DNA from: Giardia intestinalis
Taxonomy: Eukaryota
NCBI GenBank assembly: GCA_000002435.2
Contig: CM018792.1
Reading direction: 5' to 3' (one strand)
DNA length: 64,000 nucleotides
How positions within the stretch are numbered: the first letter of the stretch is position 1; the number at the start of each line of letters is the position of its first letter. A program made the position numbers and the translations under genes. Below, in pieces: positions 8,864-17,238 of the stretch. The notes under the pieces were generated by a model. That model worked only from the letters and a program-made list of their open reading frames with translations. It was not told the DNA's origin and did not search any database.

Positions 8864-10045
8864 TTACAACGTTAACGTTTCTAACCGCTCTATGCTCGTG
8901 TGCATTGTTGGAGAAAGGGTATTGTCATATCCTGCCTCTAGAAGCAGCCTTATTTCGAGATCACTTAAGGGCGCATAGGGGAGAGTGGGAAGAACGTGAT
9001 CAATACATAGAGCAATGTCGTCTACGTTGTCGCTAGTTGAGCAAAGCAGGCCTTCTCCGTCTGCCTTGCAAATCTCCTTTATGACCTGTCCCAAACCGTC
9101 TACAGACTCAACCCCTATAGATTCATATAGTTGGCGAATTTCTTTGCCCAACGAATCTTCTCTTATCCGTAGAAGAGGCGCAAGGAACATAGCTGACGAT
9201 TTCCCAATATTGGACCCATGCCTATAGGAGACTGCTGATCCCAAGTATGTCAAAAACCCGATGCCTAGTTTGTTTTGTAGCAGGCCAATCTCCACTGCAC
9301 ACGCTGCAAGAGCATATATAAAGTCTCGCTTCTTTAAGTACTCAGTGTTGAATGATTTTAGGTAGGGTCTGATCCCCAGGAGCCAAGCATCGTATGTATG
9401 CACGAGGAGACGAAGATAGACCGGCTGACATTCAGGATAAAGGGAAACACCTCCTGCCAGTAGATACTCGGCTGCATTCACTATACCCATCAAGAATGCA
9501 GGGATGCTCATGGCCGGTGTCAGCGTCTCAAAGTACGTGGTGCTTAAAAGAACAGTTTCTGCTCTTAGGGTACAAATTATACTAATGCAATGCTTGCAGC
9601 GATGATCCATCAAGACTGTGAGCCGGGTGGACAGGGCTCCACAGCCAGGACCCGTGGGGATTAGTATGAGCGGTGTCCTGACGCTGCTAGTCTCGTGGTT
9701 TGATGCCACAAACTTTGCAACGCTCAGCACAGAACCCCCACCAATCGCAATTAAAAAGCTTGCGCCACTCTTCCGAAACGTCTTCGTAGCCAGGTGGGCT
9801 GACGTTACAGATGCGCCCGATTCTAGTATCTTATGGTGCTGGTATGCAATAGAGAGTTGCTCGAGGGCTCCTATGACATCTGCCATTGCCCCGGACTGAT
9901 GCCCGGATTGCATCCCAGTAATGAGCATGCAGCGCTCCTCTGCTAGCGGCATCAATATAGTTAGCAATCTAGGGAAGATGTTATCCGGCATTTCAACGTT
10001 AAGCCCGTTCAGTCGCGCTATGTCGTCCATCACTGCTTGGTTCAT
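8864..10045 (-). CDS. divergent iron-containing alcohol dehydrogenase-like protein (paralog of 5326..6546)
   Basis: True ATG at 10043-10045. Degenerate GGGS motif LIAIGGGSVLSVAKFV (Asp replaced by Ser). Overall Fe-ADH-like layout, with YRHGSNIGKSSAMFLAPLL in the position of the His-rich metal site. Confidence 0.55.
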   Translation of the reverse strand: MNQAVMDDIARLNGLNVEMPDNIFPRLLTILMPLAEERCMLITGMQSGHQSGAMADVIGALEQLSIAYQHHKILESGASVTSAHLATKTFRKSGASFLIAIGGGSVLSVAKFVASNHETSSVRTPLILIPTGPGCGALSTRLTVLMDHRCKHCISIICTLRAETVLLSTTYFETLTPAMSIPAFLMGIVNAAEYLLAGGVSLYPECQPVYLRLLVHTYDAWLLGIRPYLKSFNTEYLKKRDFIYALAACAVEIGLLQNKLGIGFLTYLGSAVSYRHGSNIGKSSAMFLAPLLRIREDSLGKEIRQLYESIGVESVDGLGQVIKEICKADGEGLLCSTSDNVDDIALCIDHVLPTLPYAPLSDLEIRLLLEAGYDNTLSPTMHTSIERLETLTL

Positions 10046-10514
10046 GATTTTTGGAATCCTTGCATTTCCTTAGGATGGCGCGTAGCTGTTCATATGTGAA
10101 TTTTTCACTGCCATCGGGCGCATGTTCGTTTTGAAAGTGGGCCCATCTCGTATCTGCTACACTGGCTCCGAACTTCTCGAGCAGACACCTCAGTTGGTTG
10201 ATGTGGATTGTTCCAGTAGACGCTGGATCAAGGGTTTCTACCAGCATCGTGAAGATCTCATCCTCCTGAGGTTTATTGGTCAAAAGAATAGCTGCTCTTT
10301 CAACATCATACACAGTGTACCTTCTCTCTGGATGTATTTGCAAAGCCGATAGTACCTCGTTTAGAGAGTCTCCACTTGTAGCAAACCCGGAGCTTAGCAG
10401 CACATTGCTAAGTTCGTCAAATGTGAGAAAGCATCCACCCGTTTGCAGGCATGACCCTAGCACTTCTTCACACCGGCTCCACTCTTCACCAAACTCACAC
10501 TTGTCCAGTTCCAT
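9999..10514 (-). CDS. EF-hand-like (calmodulin/centrin/myosin-light-chain-like) small protein with degenerate loops
   Basis: True ATG at 10512-10514. LDPASTGTIHINQLRCLLEKFG and HAPDGSEKFTYEQLRAILRK resemble EF-hand loop-helix units. The 3' 47 nt overlap the next ORF start. Confidence 0.4.
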   Translation of the reverse strand: MELDKCEFGEEWSRCEEVLGSCLQTGGCFLTFDELSNVLLSSGFATSGDSLNEVLSALQIHPERRYTVYDVERAAILLTNKPQEDEIFTMLVETLDPASTGTIHINQLRCLLEKFGASVADTRWAHFQNEHAPDGSEKFTYEQLRAILRKCKDSKNHEPSSDGRHSATERA

Positions 10515-10557
10515 TTATGGCTTACGTATTTATACGTTTACTGTTATCTGTAGCGCT

Positions 10558-13500
10558 TCAGGACAAGTACCTCTTTAATTGCGGACCTGTTGCATACGCG
10601 CTAACTGTTGTGCCATCAAGCTGGACCACATCCTTTTCGTATGGGTACAGGATTTCGTAGCAATCAAGATGATCGCCTTGTGCTGCAGCCATCAATGCGG
10701 TGAATCCTGCGCCGTTTGGATGGCTTGCGTTTGTTCTGAACCCAGACTCGCTGGTGACAAGCAACTTCACGATCTCTGTGCGGCCCAGAGTAGCTGCTTC
10801 CATAAGCGCTGTGACCCCTTGGTTGGTGGTCATGCCGGCCTCATATTCTATAAGTAATTCAACGATGTGGTCGTGTCCGTGACGAGCTGCCGACATAAGT
10901 GCGGTGAATCCTGTTTGTGTTTGAAGTCCTGCCTCGGCTGAGAGTAGCAGCTCGACTATATCCGTATGCCCCTTAAAAGCCGCTAGCATGAGGGCCGTGA
11001 CTCCGCTGACATCCGACATGCCTGCTTCATAACTAGATAAGATTCTAACACACTCTGTATGACCCTGAAACGCTGCGTGCATAGTAGCGGACCACGACTT
11101 GAGATCTTGACGCCCATGCTCGTACTCGGCAAGAAGGGCGACCATAGCATCGTGTCCGCTTGTTGCTGCAAGCATAAGGGCTGTATTCTTTTCTTGGTCC
11201 ACTAAACCCTGCTGAAGCCTCCGCAGACAGTAACATAGAGGCAAGTCGTTGCTGATGGCAGCTATCATCAGCTCTGTCTGCTGGTTGTTGGTACGCCGAT
11301 AGGAGGAAACGTCAGGAGCTTCTACCGGAGCAAGAACTTCGGCTACGTTTATATGGCGATGAAGAAGCGCTAGATGCATTGCTGTGACACCGTCAGTGTT
11401 CCGCTTCAGCCCAGCCTCCCTTGGAATGAGAATTTTAACACATTCCTCGTATCCATAGATAGCTGCAAGCATCAGTGCCGTATTTCCGTGGTTATCTGTG
11501 GCAGTTGCGTAGATGTCCTGTGTTTGCCACACGCCAATCAAATCATTGTTCATTACTGCTATGTGAAGAGGAGTATATCCATTGGCATCATATTTAACAT
11601 CGCGGTCCTCTACCTTGGTCTTTTCAAGCTTCTTTCGAAGAGACGCGTTTCGCATCAGTGTTTGTAGGTTTCGCTGCACAAATAGTTCAGCGCCCTTGAT
11701 GAGATTGTGCTGATCGATAAGACCTAGATGCAGCTCTGCATTGTACTTTTTTAAGGAGGCTTTCTCCCAGATAGAGTCAGATATGAGAGTTGCAATGCCC
11801 AGCCTATTTGCCTTTAAAGCATGCTCCAATAACTCATACCTTATATCAGTCCGGTCTGGATCAAGACGCCGCACAAACTCCCAAATGCTCACTATATCGT
11901 TGTCATCAATGGCTGCATGCCCGAAGCGAATCTGCTTGTCTATATCCCTTGGGTTATACTGTGCACGCACTGCAATTGCCTGTCCATCGGTTTGGGACAG
12001 CTCTGCCGCAACTTCGTAGTGTTGAGATAAGAGTGCAAGCACAAGAGCAGACTGTCCATGTATGTTGCATTGATCAATATTCTTGCTATGCCGAGTCAGT
12101 GATGGCAAACACTCAATCATCCCAGTTTCGGAAACTAACATCAACGGTGTTACATTATTGTGATCTGCTGCAGAGGCCTCGAAGTGGGATAGAGCATCTA
12201 TGACCTCACGATTCCCCCTATCTATGGCTAGCATCAATGCCGTTTTCCCAGCTCCATTTCGAATATGAGCCTCCTTCGGCGCCAGAATAGAAATGAGAGA
12301 CACATTATCCGATAAAACTGCCATGTGAAGACACGTGTTTCCGTGATCATCAACCTGCCCTGCCTCATACTGAACCAGAATCTGACTGGCCCGGAGTAAA
12401 GAGAGAGCGCACGCATTCATCAGCGCCGTCCTATTGTGCGAGTCACGAATACGTGCTTCAACAGCGGCCAAACATGGAATACATGCAAATGACTTAGATG
12501 CAACAGCGATATGAAGAGCTGTGTCTCCATAATTGTTGCGAATACACCCCTCGGTACGTACAAGTATGCTAGCTAGGTTCTCCTTATTGTCCTTCACAGC
12601 ATACATGAGAGCAGTACACCCATGAGAATCAACAAGGCCCGACTCAACAGCTGCAAGCATCTCCACCAGATCCAGTGACCCCAGTTGTACGGCATACATA
12701 AGAGCGGTTCGTCCATCCAGATCCTGAAATCCGGCCTCAATGATCACAAGCTCCTTTGCGGCCCTCAGTGACCCGCTCTGAATGGCAAGCATAAGACTCG
12801 TTTGATTATTGCTAGTAACAGTACGAGCATACTTCATGTTTATTTGGACCTGGTAGAGGTCATCCGAAACAGCGGCATGCATCAGCGGGGTAGCGTCGAA
12901 GTCAAGTTCCACTTGTTGACGTCGGGATAAAGCGTCCACTTCAGCCTTCGTTGCTGAAGATTGTAGAGAGTGTTGTAGCTGTTCCAACGCTTCGTGGGTC
13001 GTTGTAAAACCATTAACAGCATCAGAAATGTGTTTGGCAGTATCTAGGTCACTATGAGAGAGCTTTTCTTCAATGTGTGTAAGGCCAGCACCCGGCTTGT
13101 TGTTGGCGTGACAGGGAATGAAGTTGTCAAGCTTCTGCATTGTACTAATCGGAGACGCAGTCTGACTCGTTCGACTATTACTACCTAAACTGCTACCGGG
13201 GCTTTTCAAGGTTGGAGTGAGGCTGTGAAAGAGAACTTCGTTCTCCCCTTTGTCCTCCATAGCACTCTTGGTCAAGTTCTCATCTCGGCACGCACTGTAA
13301 TGCACAACATAATTTTTACGATTGCTGGGATCCTTTGCTGCATTCATTTTCGGGAATTCATGCCTGTTTTCATCATCTAACTGCTTACCTGGCCGTCCAT
13401 CTGGAGACACAAAGTTACCATCCAATGCCTGTCCATCACGTGTATTCCCTTGTTCTTCCTGTATCTGTAAGTCTGCCGGCTTAGTTAACTCTGTCTGATG

Positions 13501-14316
13501 GATTCCAGGATTTGGTTGCTCAGGTAAAGACAATATCTGCCTGAGAACACGTTGTGGAGACACACCCCTAAGCTGAGGAGAAGAGCATGATGTCCTGTAA
13601 TGACTTGTCACTAGAGTACTAGCGTTCTCTATCTGCTTGTTGGTAAGGAGCCAGTTATCCAACCAAGACGCTATCTGCCTGTAGCCTTCTCGTGCAGCTA
13701 ATCTGGCGCACTCAATAAGATCGCATTTTCCCAAGTTTCCATGCTTCACCAAGAGCTTCACAATCTCAAGGTAGTTCCCCATGATAGCGTATTCAAGGGC
13801 TCCCATGCCATTTGAGTCTCGCTCAGGGCCTAAGAACCCCAGTAGTTCCTTGCAACATTCATAGGAACCTGCTTCTGCAGCTATCATGAGAGCCGTCCTA
13901 CAGTCGGGGAGAATGACCAGTCGCTCCAGAGGGGCAAGAACTTTGCAGCATGCAGTGTTATTTGACTGACATGCATACATCAGAGCAGTGAAGCCTGTAC
14001 GTGTGGTAGCACAGGACTCAGAAATAGCGAGGATCTGGCACATTTCCGCGTCCCCAAGGATAGCTGCCCGCATTAGGCCTGTCATGCCGTCTTCGTCTCT
14101 CCTTCCCCCAAATATTGCTATGCTTGTCTTGACCTGAGCATACTTCCTGCTACAGATCCCGTTAAACCAGTCATGAACACTCGTGAGCATAAGACAAATT
14201 TTTGGGTGAGTGTAATACTCGCGTCTTAAGGATCGATAAACCACGTAGGCTTCTGCATGATGCTTGCTCTCTAAGGCCGACAGGCAATTGTTAATTTTGT
14301 AGAACTGAAGTGACAT
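10558..14316 (-). CDS. ankyrin-repeat protein (Giardia 21.1-type), 1252 aa
   Basis: True ATG at 14314-14316. More than 20 ANK repeats (GFTALMYACQSNN..., GNTALMLAAIYGYEECVKILI..., GVTALMLAAFKGHTDIVELLL..., among others). Confidence 0.85.
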   Translation of the reverse strand: MSLQFYKINNCLSALESKHHAEAYVVYRSLRREYYTHPKICLMLTSVHDWFNGICSRKYAQVKTSIAIFGGRRDEDGMTGLMRAAILGDAEMCQILAISESCATTRTGFTALMYACQSNNTACCKVLAPLERLVILPDCRTALMIAAEAGSYECCKELLGFLGPERDSNGMGALEYAIMGNYLEIVKLLVKHGNLGKCDLIECARLAAREGYRQIASWLDNWLLTNKQIENASTLVTSHYRTSCSSPQLRGVSPQRVLRQILSLPEQPNPGIHQTELTKPADLQIQEEQGNTRDGQALDGNFVSPDGRPGKQLDDENRHEFPKMNAAKDPSNRKNYVVHYSACRDENLTKSAMEDKGENEVLFHSLTPTLKSPGSSLGSNSRTSQTASPISTMQKLDNFIPCHANNKPGAGLTHIEEKLSHSDLDTAKHISDAVNGFTTTHEALEQLQHSLQSSATKAEVDALSRRQQVELDFDATPLMHAAVSDDLYQVQINMKYARTVTSNNQTSLMLAIQSGSLRAAKELVIIEAGFQDLDGRTALMYAVQLGSLDLVEMLAAVESGLVDSHGCTALMYAVKDNKENLASILVRTEGCIRNNYGDTALHIAVASKSFACIPCLAAVEARIRDSHNRTALMNACALSLLRASQILVQYEAGQVDDHGNTCLHMAVLSDNVSLISILAPKEAHIRNGAGKTALMLAIDRGNREVIDALSHFEASAADHNNVTPLMLVSETGMIECLPSLTRHSKNIDQCNIHGQSALVLALLSQHYEVAAELSQTDGQAIAVRAQYNPRDIDKQIRFGHAAIDDNDIVSIWEFVRRLDPDRTDIRYELLEHALKANRLGIATLISDSIWEKASLKKYNAELHLGLIDQHNLIKGAELFVQRNLQTLMRNASLRKKLEKTKVEDRDVKYDANGYTPLHIAVMNNDLIGVWQTQDIYATATDNHGNTALMLAAIYGYEECVKILIPREAGLKRNTDGVTAMHLALLHRHINVAEVLAPVEAPDVSSYRRTNNQQTELMIAAISNDLPLCYCLRRLQQGLVDQEKNTALMLAATSGHDAMVALLAEYEHGRQDLKSWSATMHAAFQGHTECVRILSSYEAGMSDVSGVTALMLAAFKGHTDIVELLLSAEAGLQTQTGFTALMSAARHGHDHIVELLIEYEAGMTTNQGVTALMEAATLGRTEIVKLLVTSESGFRTNASHPNGAGFTALMAAAQGDHLDCYEILYPYEKDVVQLDGTTVSAYATGPQLKRYLS

Positions 14317-14349
14317 TCCGCGGCCTTTGCGCGGAAGAAACTTTTAAAA
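14317..14349. promoter_or_regulatory. 33-bp bidirectional intergenic promoter region between the divergent ANK gene (-) and hypothetical gene (+)
   Basis: TCCGCGGCCTTTGCGCGGAAGAAACTTTTAAAA lies between ATG 14316(-) and ATG 14350(+). It ends in CTTTTAAAAATG and contains the CCGCGG...CGCGG near-palindrome. Confidence 0.45.
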
Positions 14350-15324
14350 ATGTCGACGTACACTTCCCTTAATGCGTCCTTCGGCAGCTCTGCGGGGACG
14401 AGGATGACTGCCTTTCCAAACTCAGCAGAGATGATTGAGACGGCGGTTCCCCATGCCACGCAGAGAAGGCTCTCGTCTGGTTCGGGCGCCCTCCACGACT
14501 TCCATGACAAGGTTTTCACGCAGAATATGACCTCTCCATCTAACCTCATAGGCTCTGGTCGCTTCGTTAACTCGAGGGTCGGCGATCCCGCGAGCTATGG
14601 GCTGGCACGCGACTTCTTTTCATTTGATAGCCACAGGCTTCCTGATGTCAAGGTATCTGGTGGTTCTCTCTCCTCGTCTCTTTCCTCCAGTCGAAACGTC
14701 AAGGAGCCGATGCCCCTCATGTCCCAGACGGCTGAAACCCTGGCCATGGTAGGGTCGTGCCATAGCAAACCTATCTACACTGTCTACGACAAGGGGACTT
14801 CGCGTGTCTTCGGTCCGGGCAACGAGACCATGTTTGCCAGAGATAAGATCTTTACAGGGGTGGTTTCATACCCCATGAGGCCGTCTCCGAAGTGGAGCTT
14901 CCGCTCGTCTGACTACCCCACCGATAACAAGGTTATCCCGCCGTTCATCGGCGATGCTGAGACGGGTCGGTACGCACATTCTGGGCGCCTTTCGTCCAGC
15001 GACATCATTAAGCCAAGCGCGTACAAAACTTACGGTACTTCGTCGGAGGCTGTCTATGTGCCCTCTGTTGCACGCTACAACTCGGTCCTCCCAGTTTCGG
15101 TGACCCGTACCACAAGCGCAGGCCTGAGGTCTTCTTCCTCATCCTTCTCAAGCCACGTCGCACCGGTCGCCGCAGCTCTCGATAACCTTGGCGCTAGCTT
15201 CAGCAAGATGGGCAGAGGAAGCTCCATGGGCAGCAGGAGCCTCTCCGTTAGTACTGCGCCGGGTACCATGCGCATCTCAAGGAATTACACGCTTGATTCG
15301 TTAGCAAACGTCTCTGTTTATTGA
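14350..15324 (+). CDS. hypothetical Ser-rich protein (paralog of 15417..16772)
   Basis: ATG at 14350 directly after CTTTTAAAA. It shares PASYGLARDFFSFDSHR and C-terminal SLSVSTAPGTMRISR with the next gene (PETYGLARDFFKRSMPR; SLSLGVSTAPGTRRFS). Confidence 0.5.
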   Translation: MSTYTSLNASFGSSAGTRMTAFPNSAEMIETAVPHATQRRLSSGSGALHDFHDKVFTQNMTSPSNLIGSGRFVNSRVGDPASYGLARDFFSFDSHRLPDVKVSGGSLSSSLSSSRNVKEPMPLMSQTAETLAMVGSCHSKPIYTVYDKGTSRVFGPGNETMFARDKIFTGVVSYPMRPSPKWSFRSSDYPTDNKVIPPFIGDAETGRYAHSGRLSSSDIIKPSAYKTYGTSSEAVYVPSVARYNSVLPVSVTRTTSAGLRSSSSSFSSHVAPVAAALDNLGASFSKMGRGSSMGSRSLSVSTAPGTMRISRNYTLDSLANVSVY

Positions 15325-15416
15325 TAGTCTTTGCTGAGTAAACAAGGTCTCCTTTGCGCTCGTCGGGGGACGGCTAAAAATTCTGTTCCGCGCACTTTTC
15401 TTAAAAAGAAAATAGG

Positions 15417-16772
15417 ATGGAGGACCTTCCCTTCTCTACGTCTCCTATCAACGCACGGCCAAAGTCTCTCCTCGAATCCGGTCTCGGTGACTCCCTTAGG
15501 GCCAGTGCTGCGGGGAATTCTTTTACGAAGATGGCTCCAGGATCAATGCAGACCTCCGGGATAAACGGTGTCACCTGCGGGAGCACGTTTGACTCAGATG
15601 CCTATGTAGCCAAGGTCAATCATATGAACTACTTACACGCAACAGCACCTTACTCACCACCAGTACGCACCACAGAAAGCAGGATAGGGCAGCCCGAAAC
15701 CTATGGGTTAGCACGTGATTTCTTTAAGCGCAGCATGCCTCGTTCTTATAGCGCCTCCGCAGGACATCTCTCTCGGAAGTATGCGGGGCTTGAACCGGGA
15801 TCTCTGACTGGGCGAGACTTTTTCATAACGAGCAAGGAAATGGCAGAGCAGAGCAAAAAGAGTGACCCGACCAAGTTGCCTGGCGGTGAAAATTTTAAGT
15901 ATGGGTGGAAAATCGGTAGTCCGGCAGGGTGCGGAAGGGGAATTGATATCAGCGCCTACATGACTTCTCCGTCGGCTCTCTTGCGTAGCGAGAGCTATTT
16001 CGATGCACACAGAAGGCTCTGCAGAGAGCCTGAACCAGAGACGTCTCGCCTTTGCAAGTGTGCCGACTGGGAACGCCCTGTGTGCAAAACCTGTGGAAAG
16101 GCCCATGCAAATGGCGCTGTTGGAGGCTGCGAATACGCAAAGGCAGTCTCGGACAGCTACCTAGCAAAGGAAAAGGACTCTGCATATGCGTTCACAGTTA
16201 ATAACGTCGCTGCCACGCAAGGTCACTTGCTTGCCGCCGGCGCACGCCTCCGCGGAGCACAGAATTGCAAGAACAACTGCCCTGTTTGCCGCATGGAGCA
16301 CTATCAGCCCTCGGAGCTCTGCAAGGAGCATATGGCTCACACGGCAGATAGAATCCGAGATTATGAAGTGCGCTCCCTTATGCGCAGCCAAGACTTGGGA
16401 TGCGGCCTCCACCCTGACCGGCTTCCTTGCAAGGTTTGCCATGCACATCATATTATGTTCACGCCACACGACAACCCTCGAAGCCACCAGTTGCCAGGCT
16501 CATGCAGGGTCTGCGGCTCATACCACAGTCCCGAATACATGCTAGACAGGGCCTGTCGCACAGCAGGAATGGATAGTGTTTCCAGGCTTCAGACCCTTGC
16601 TAGCTCCACCGGGGTGCCACGTATGGATGGGAGCACATACAGTATGCCTCATGGGCCCCTCTCTGGGTCGAGAGGCGGCATGATGAATAAGTCTGGTGCC
16701 TTTAATAGCAACATGAGTCTCAGCTTGGGCGTTAGCACAGCACCGGGGACTCGTCGTTTCTCGATAGTATAA
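15417..16772 (+). CDS. hypothetical protein, tandem paralog of 14350..15324 with an inserted Cys/His-rich (possible Zn-binding) region
   Basis: ATG at 15417 after CTTAAAAAGAAAATAGG. Shared motifs with the upstream gene. Residues about 200-380 carry CKCADWERPVCKTCGKAH...CPVCRMEHYQPSELCKEHMAH...CKVCHAHH...CRVCGSYH. Confidence 0.55.
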   Translation: MEDLPFSTSPINARPKSLLESGLGDSLRASAAGNSFTKMAPGSMQTSGINGVTCGSTFDSDAYVAKVNHMNYLHATAPYSPPVRTTESRIGQPETYGLARDFFKRSMPRSYSASAGHLSRKYAGLEPGSLTGRDFFITSKEMAEQSKKSDPTKLPGGENFKYGWKIGSPAGCGRGIDISAYMTSPSALLRSESYFDAHRRLCREPEPETSRLCKCADWERPVCKTCGKAHANGAVGGCEYAKAVSDSYLAKEKDSAYAFTVNNVAATQGHLLAAGARLRGAQNCKNNCPVCRMEHYQPSELCKEHMAHTADRIRDYEVRSLMRSQDLGCGLHPDRLPCKVCHAHHIMFTPHDNPRSHQLPGSCRVCGSYHSPEYMLDRACRTAGMDSVSRLQTLASSTGVPRMDGSTYSMPHGPLSGSRGGMMNKSGAFNSNMSLSLGVSTAPGTRRFSIV

Positions 16773-16796
16773 GTTACCAAAGTAAATGATATACTA

Positions 16797-17186
16797 TCAG
16801 TTTCTGATTGGATCGTCTGCGTCCTCCTCAGGGAGCCGCATGCGCGGTATGCCTTCAGTAATTGGAAAGACTAGTCCGCAGCTATTGCAAGTAATAGAAC
16901 CCTCAAGTATTATAAACCCGTAAAGCGTATATGCGAGGACAGTTAGAAATTCCTGGTTTGAGTCATAGTCGTCTGGTAAATCGGGAGGCAGACCTTCAAC
17001 TGCATGTCCAACCATGCCATAGAGCATAGGATAGTCCATTCTGCTGGCTAACTTGCGAACTATATCGATGTTATACTCCGGGGCGTCGTCTTCCGCCTGC
17101 TCAGTGACGTCGACAGTGAAGCCGGCGTTGGCAGTGCAGCACGATTTCCTGGGGCAGGTGAGCGTAGAAAGAAGGAAAAGATGCAT
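16797..17186 (-). CDS. TRM112: Trm112-like methyltransferase activator subunit
   Basis: True ATG at 17184-17186. MHLFLLSTLTCP... and C-terminal EFLTVLAYTLYGFIILEGSITCNSCGLVFPITEGIPRMRLPEED align with human TRMT112 MKLLTHNLLSSH...[44 protein letters not shown]. Confidence 0.8.
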   Translation of the reverse strand: MHLFLLSTLTCPRKSCCTANAGFTVDVTEQAEDDAPEYNIDIVRKLASRMDYPMLYGMVGHAVEGLPPDLPDDYDSNQEFLTVLAYTLYGFIILEGSITCNSCGLVFPITEGIPRMRLPEEDADDPIRN

Positions 17187-17238
17187 TTATACGATGCAGC
17201 GACAGAAATTAAATAATTGCTCAAGTTTTGAGCAAGAA

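Noticed and set aside
10579-12416. Short ORFs on both strands inside the 1252-aa ankyrin gene (for example 11790..12203 plus, 12234..12416 minus).
   Set aside because: Nested in or antisense to a long ORF with continuous ANK-repeat periodicity.
17053-17238. Poly(A)-polymerase N-terminal extension overlapping the Trm112 gene (ORF-track start 17053) and the ATG at 17194.
   Set aside because: 17053-17186 is antisense to the well-supported Trm112 CDS. The ATG at 17194 would leave only 7 bp between divergent start codons. The ATG at 17239 has a normal AT-rich context and conserves the PAP N-terminal region.
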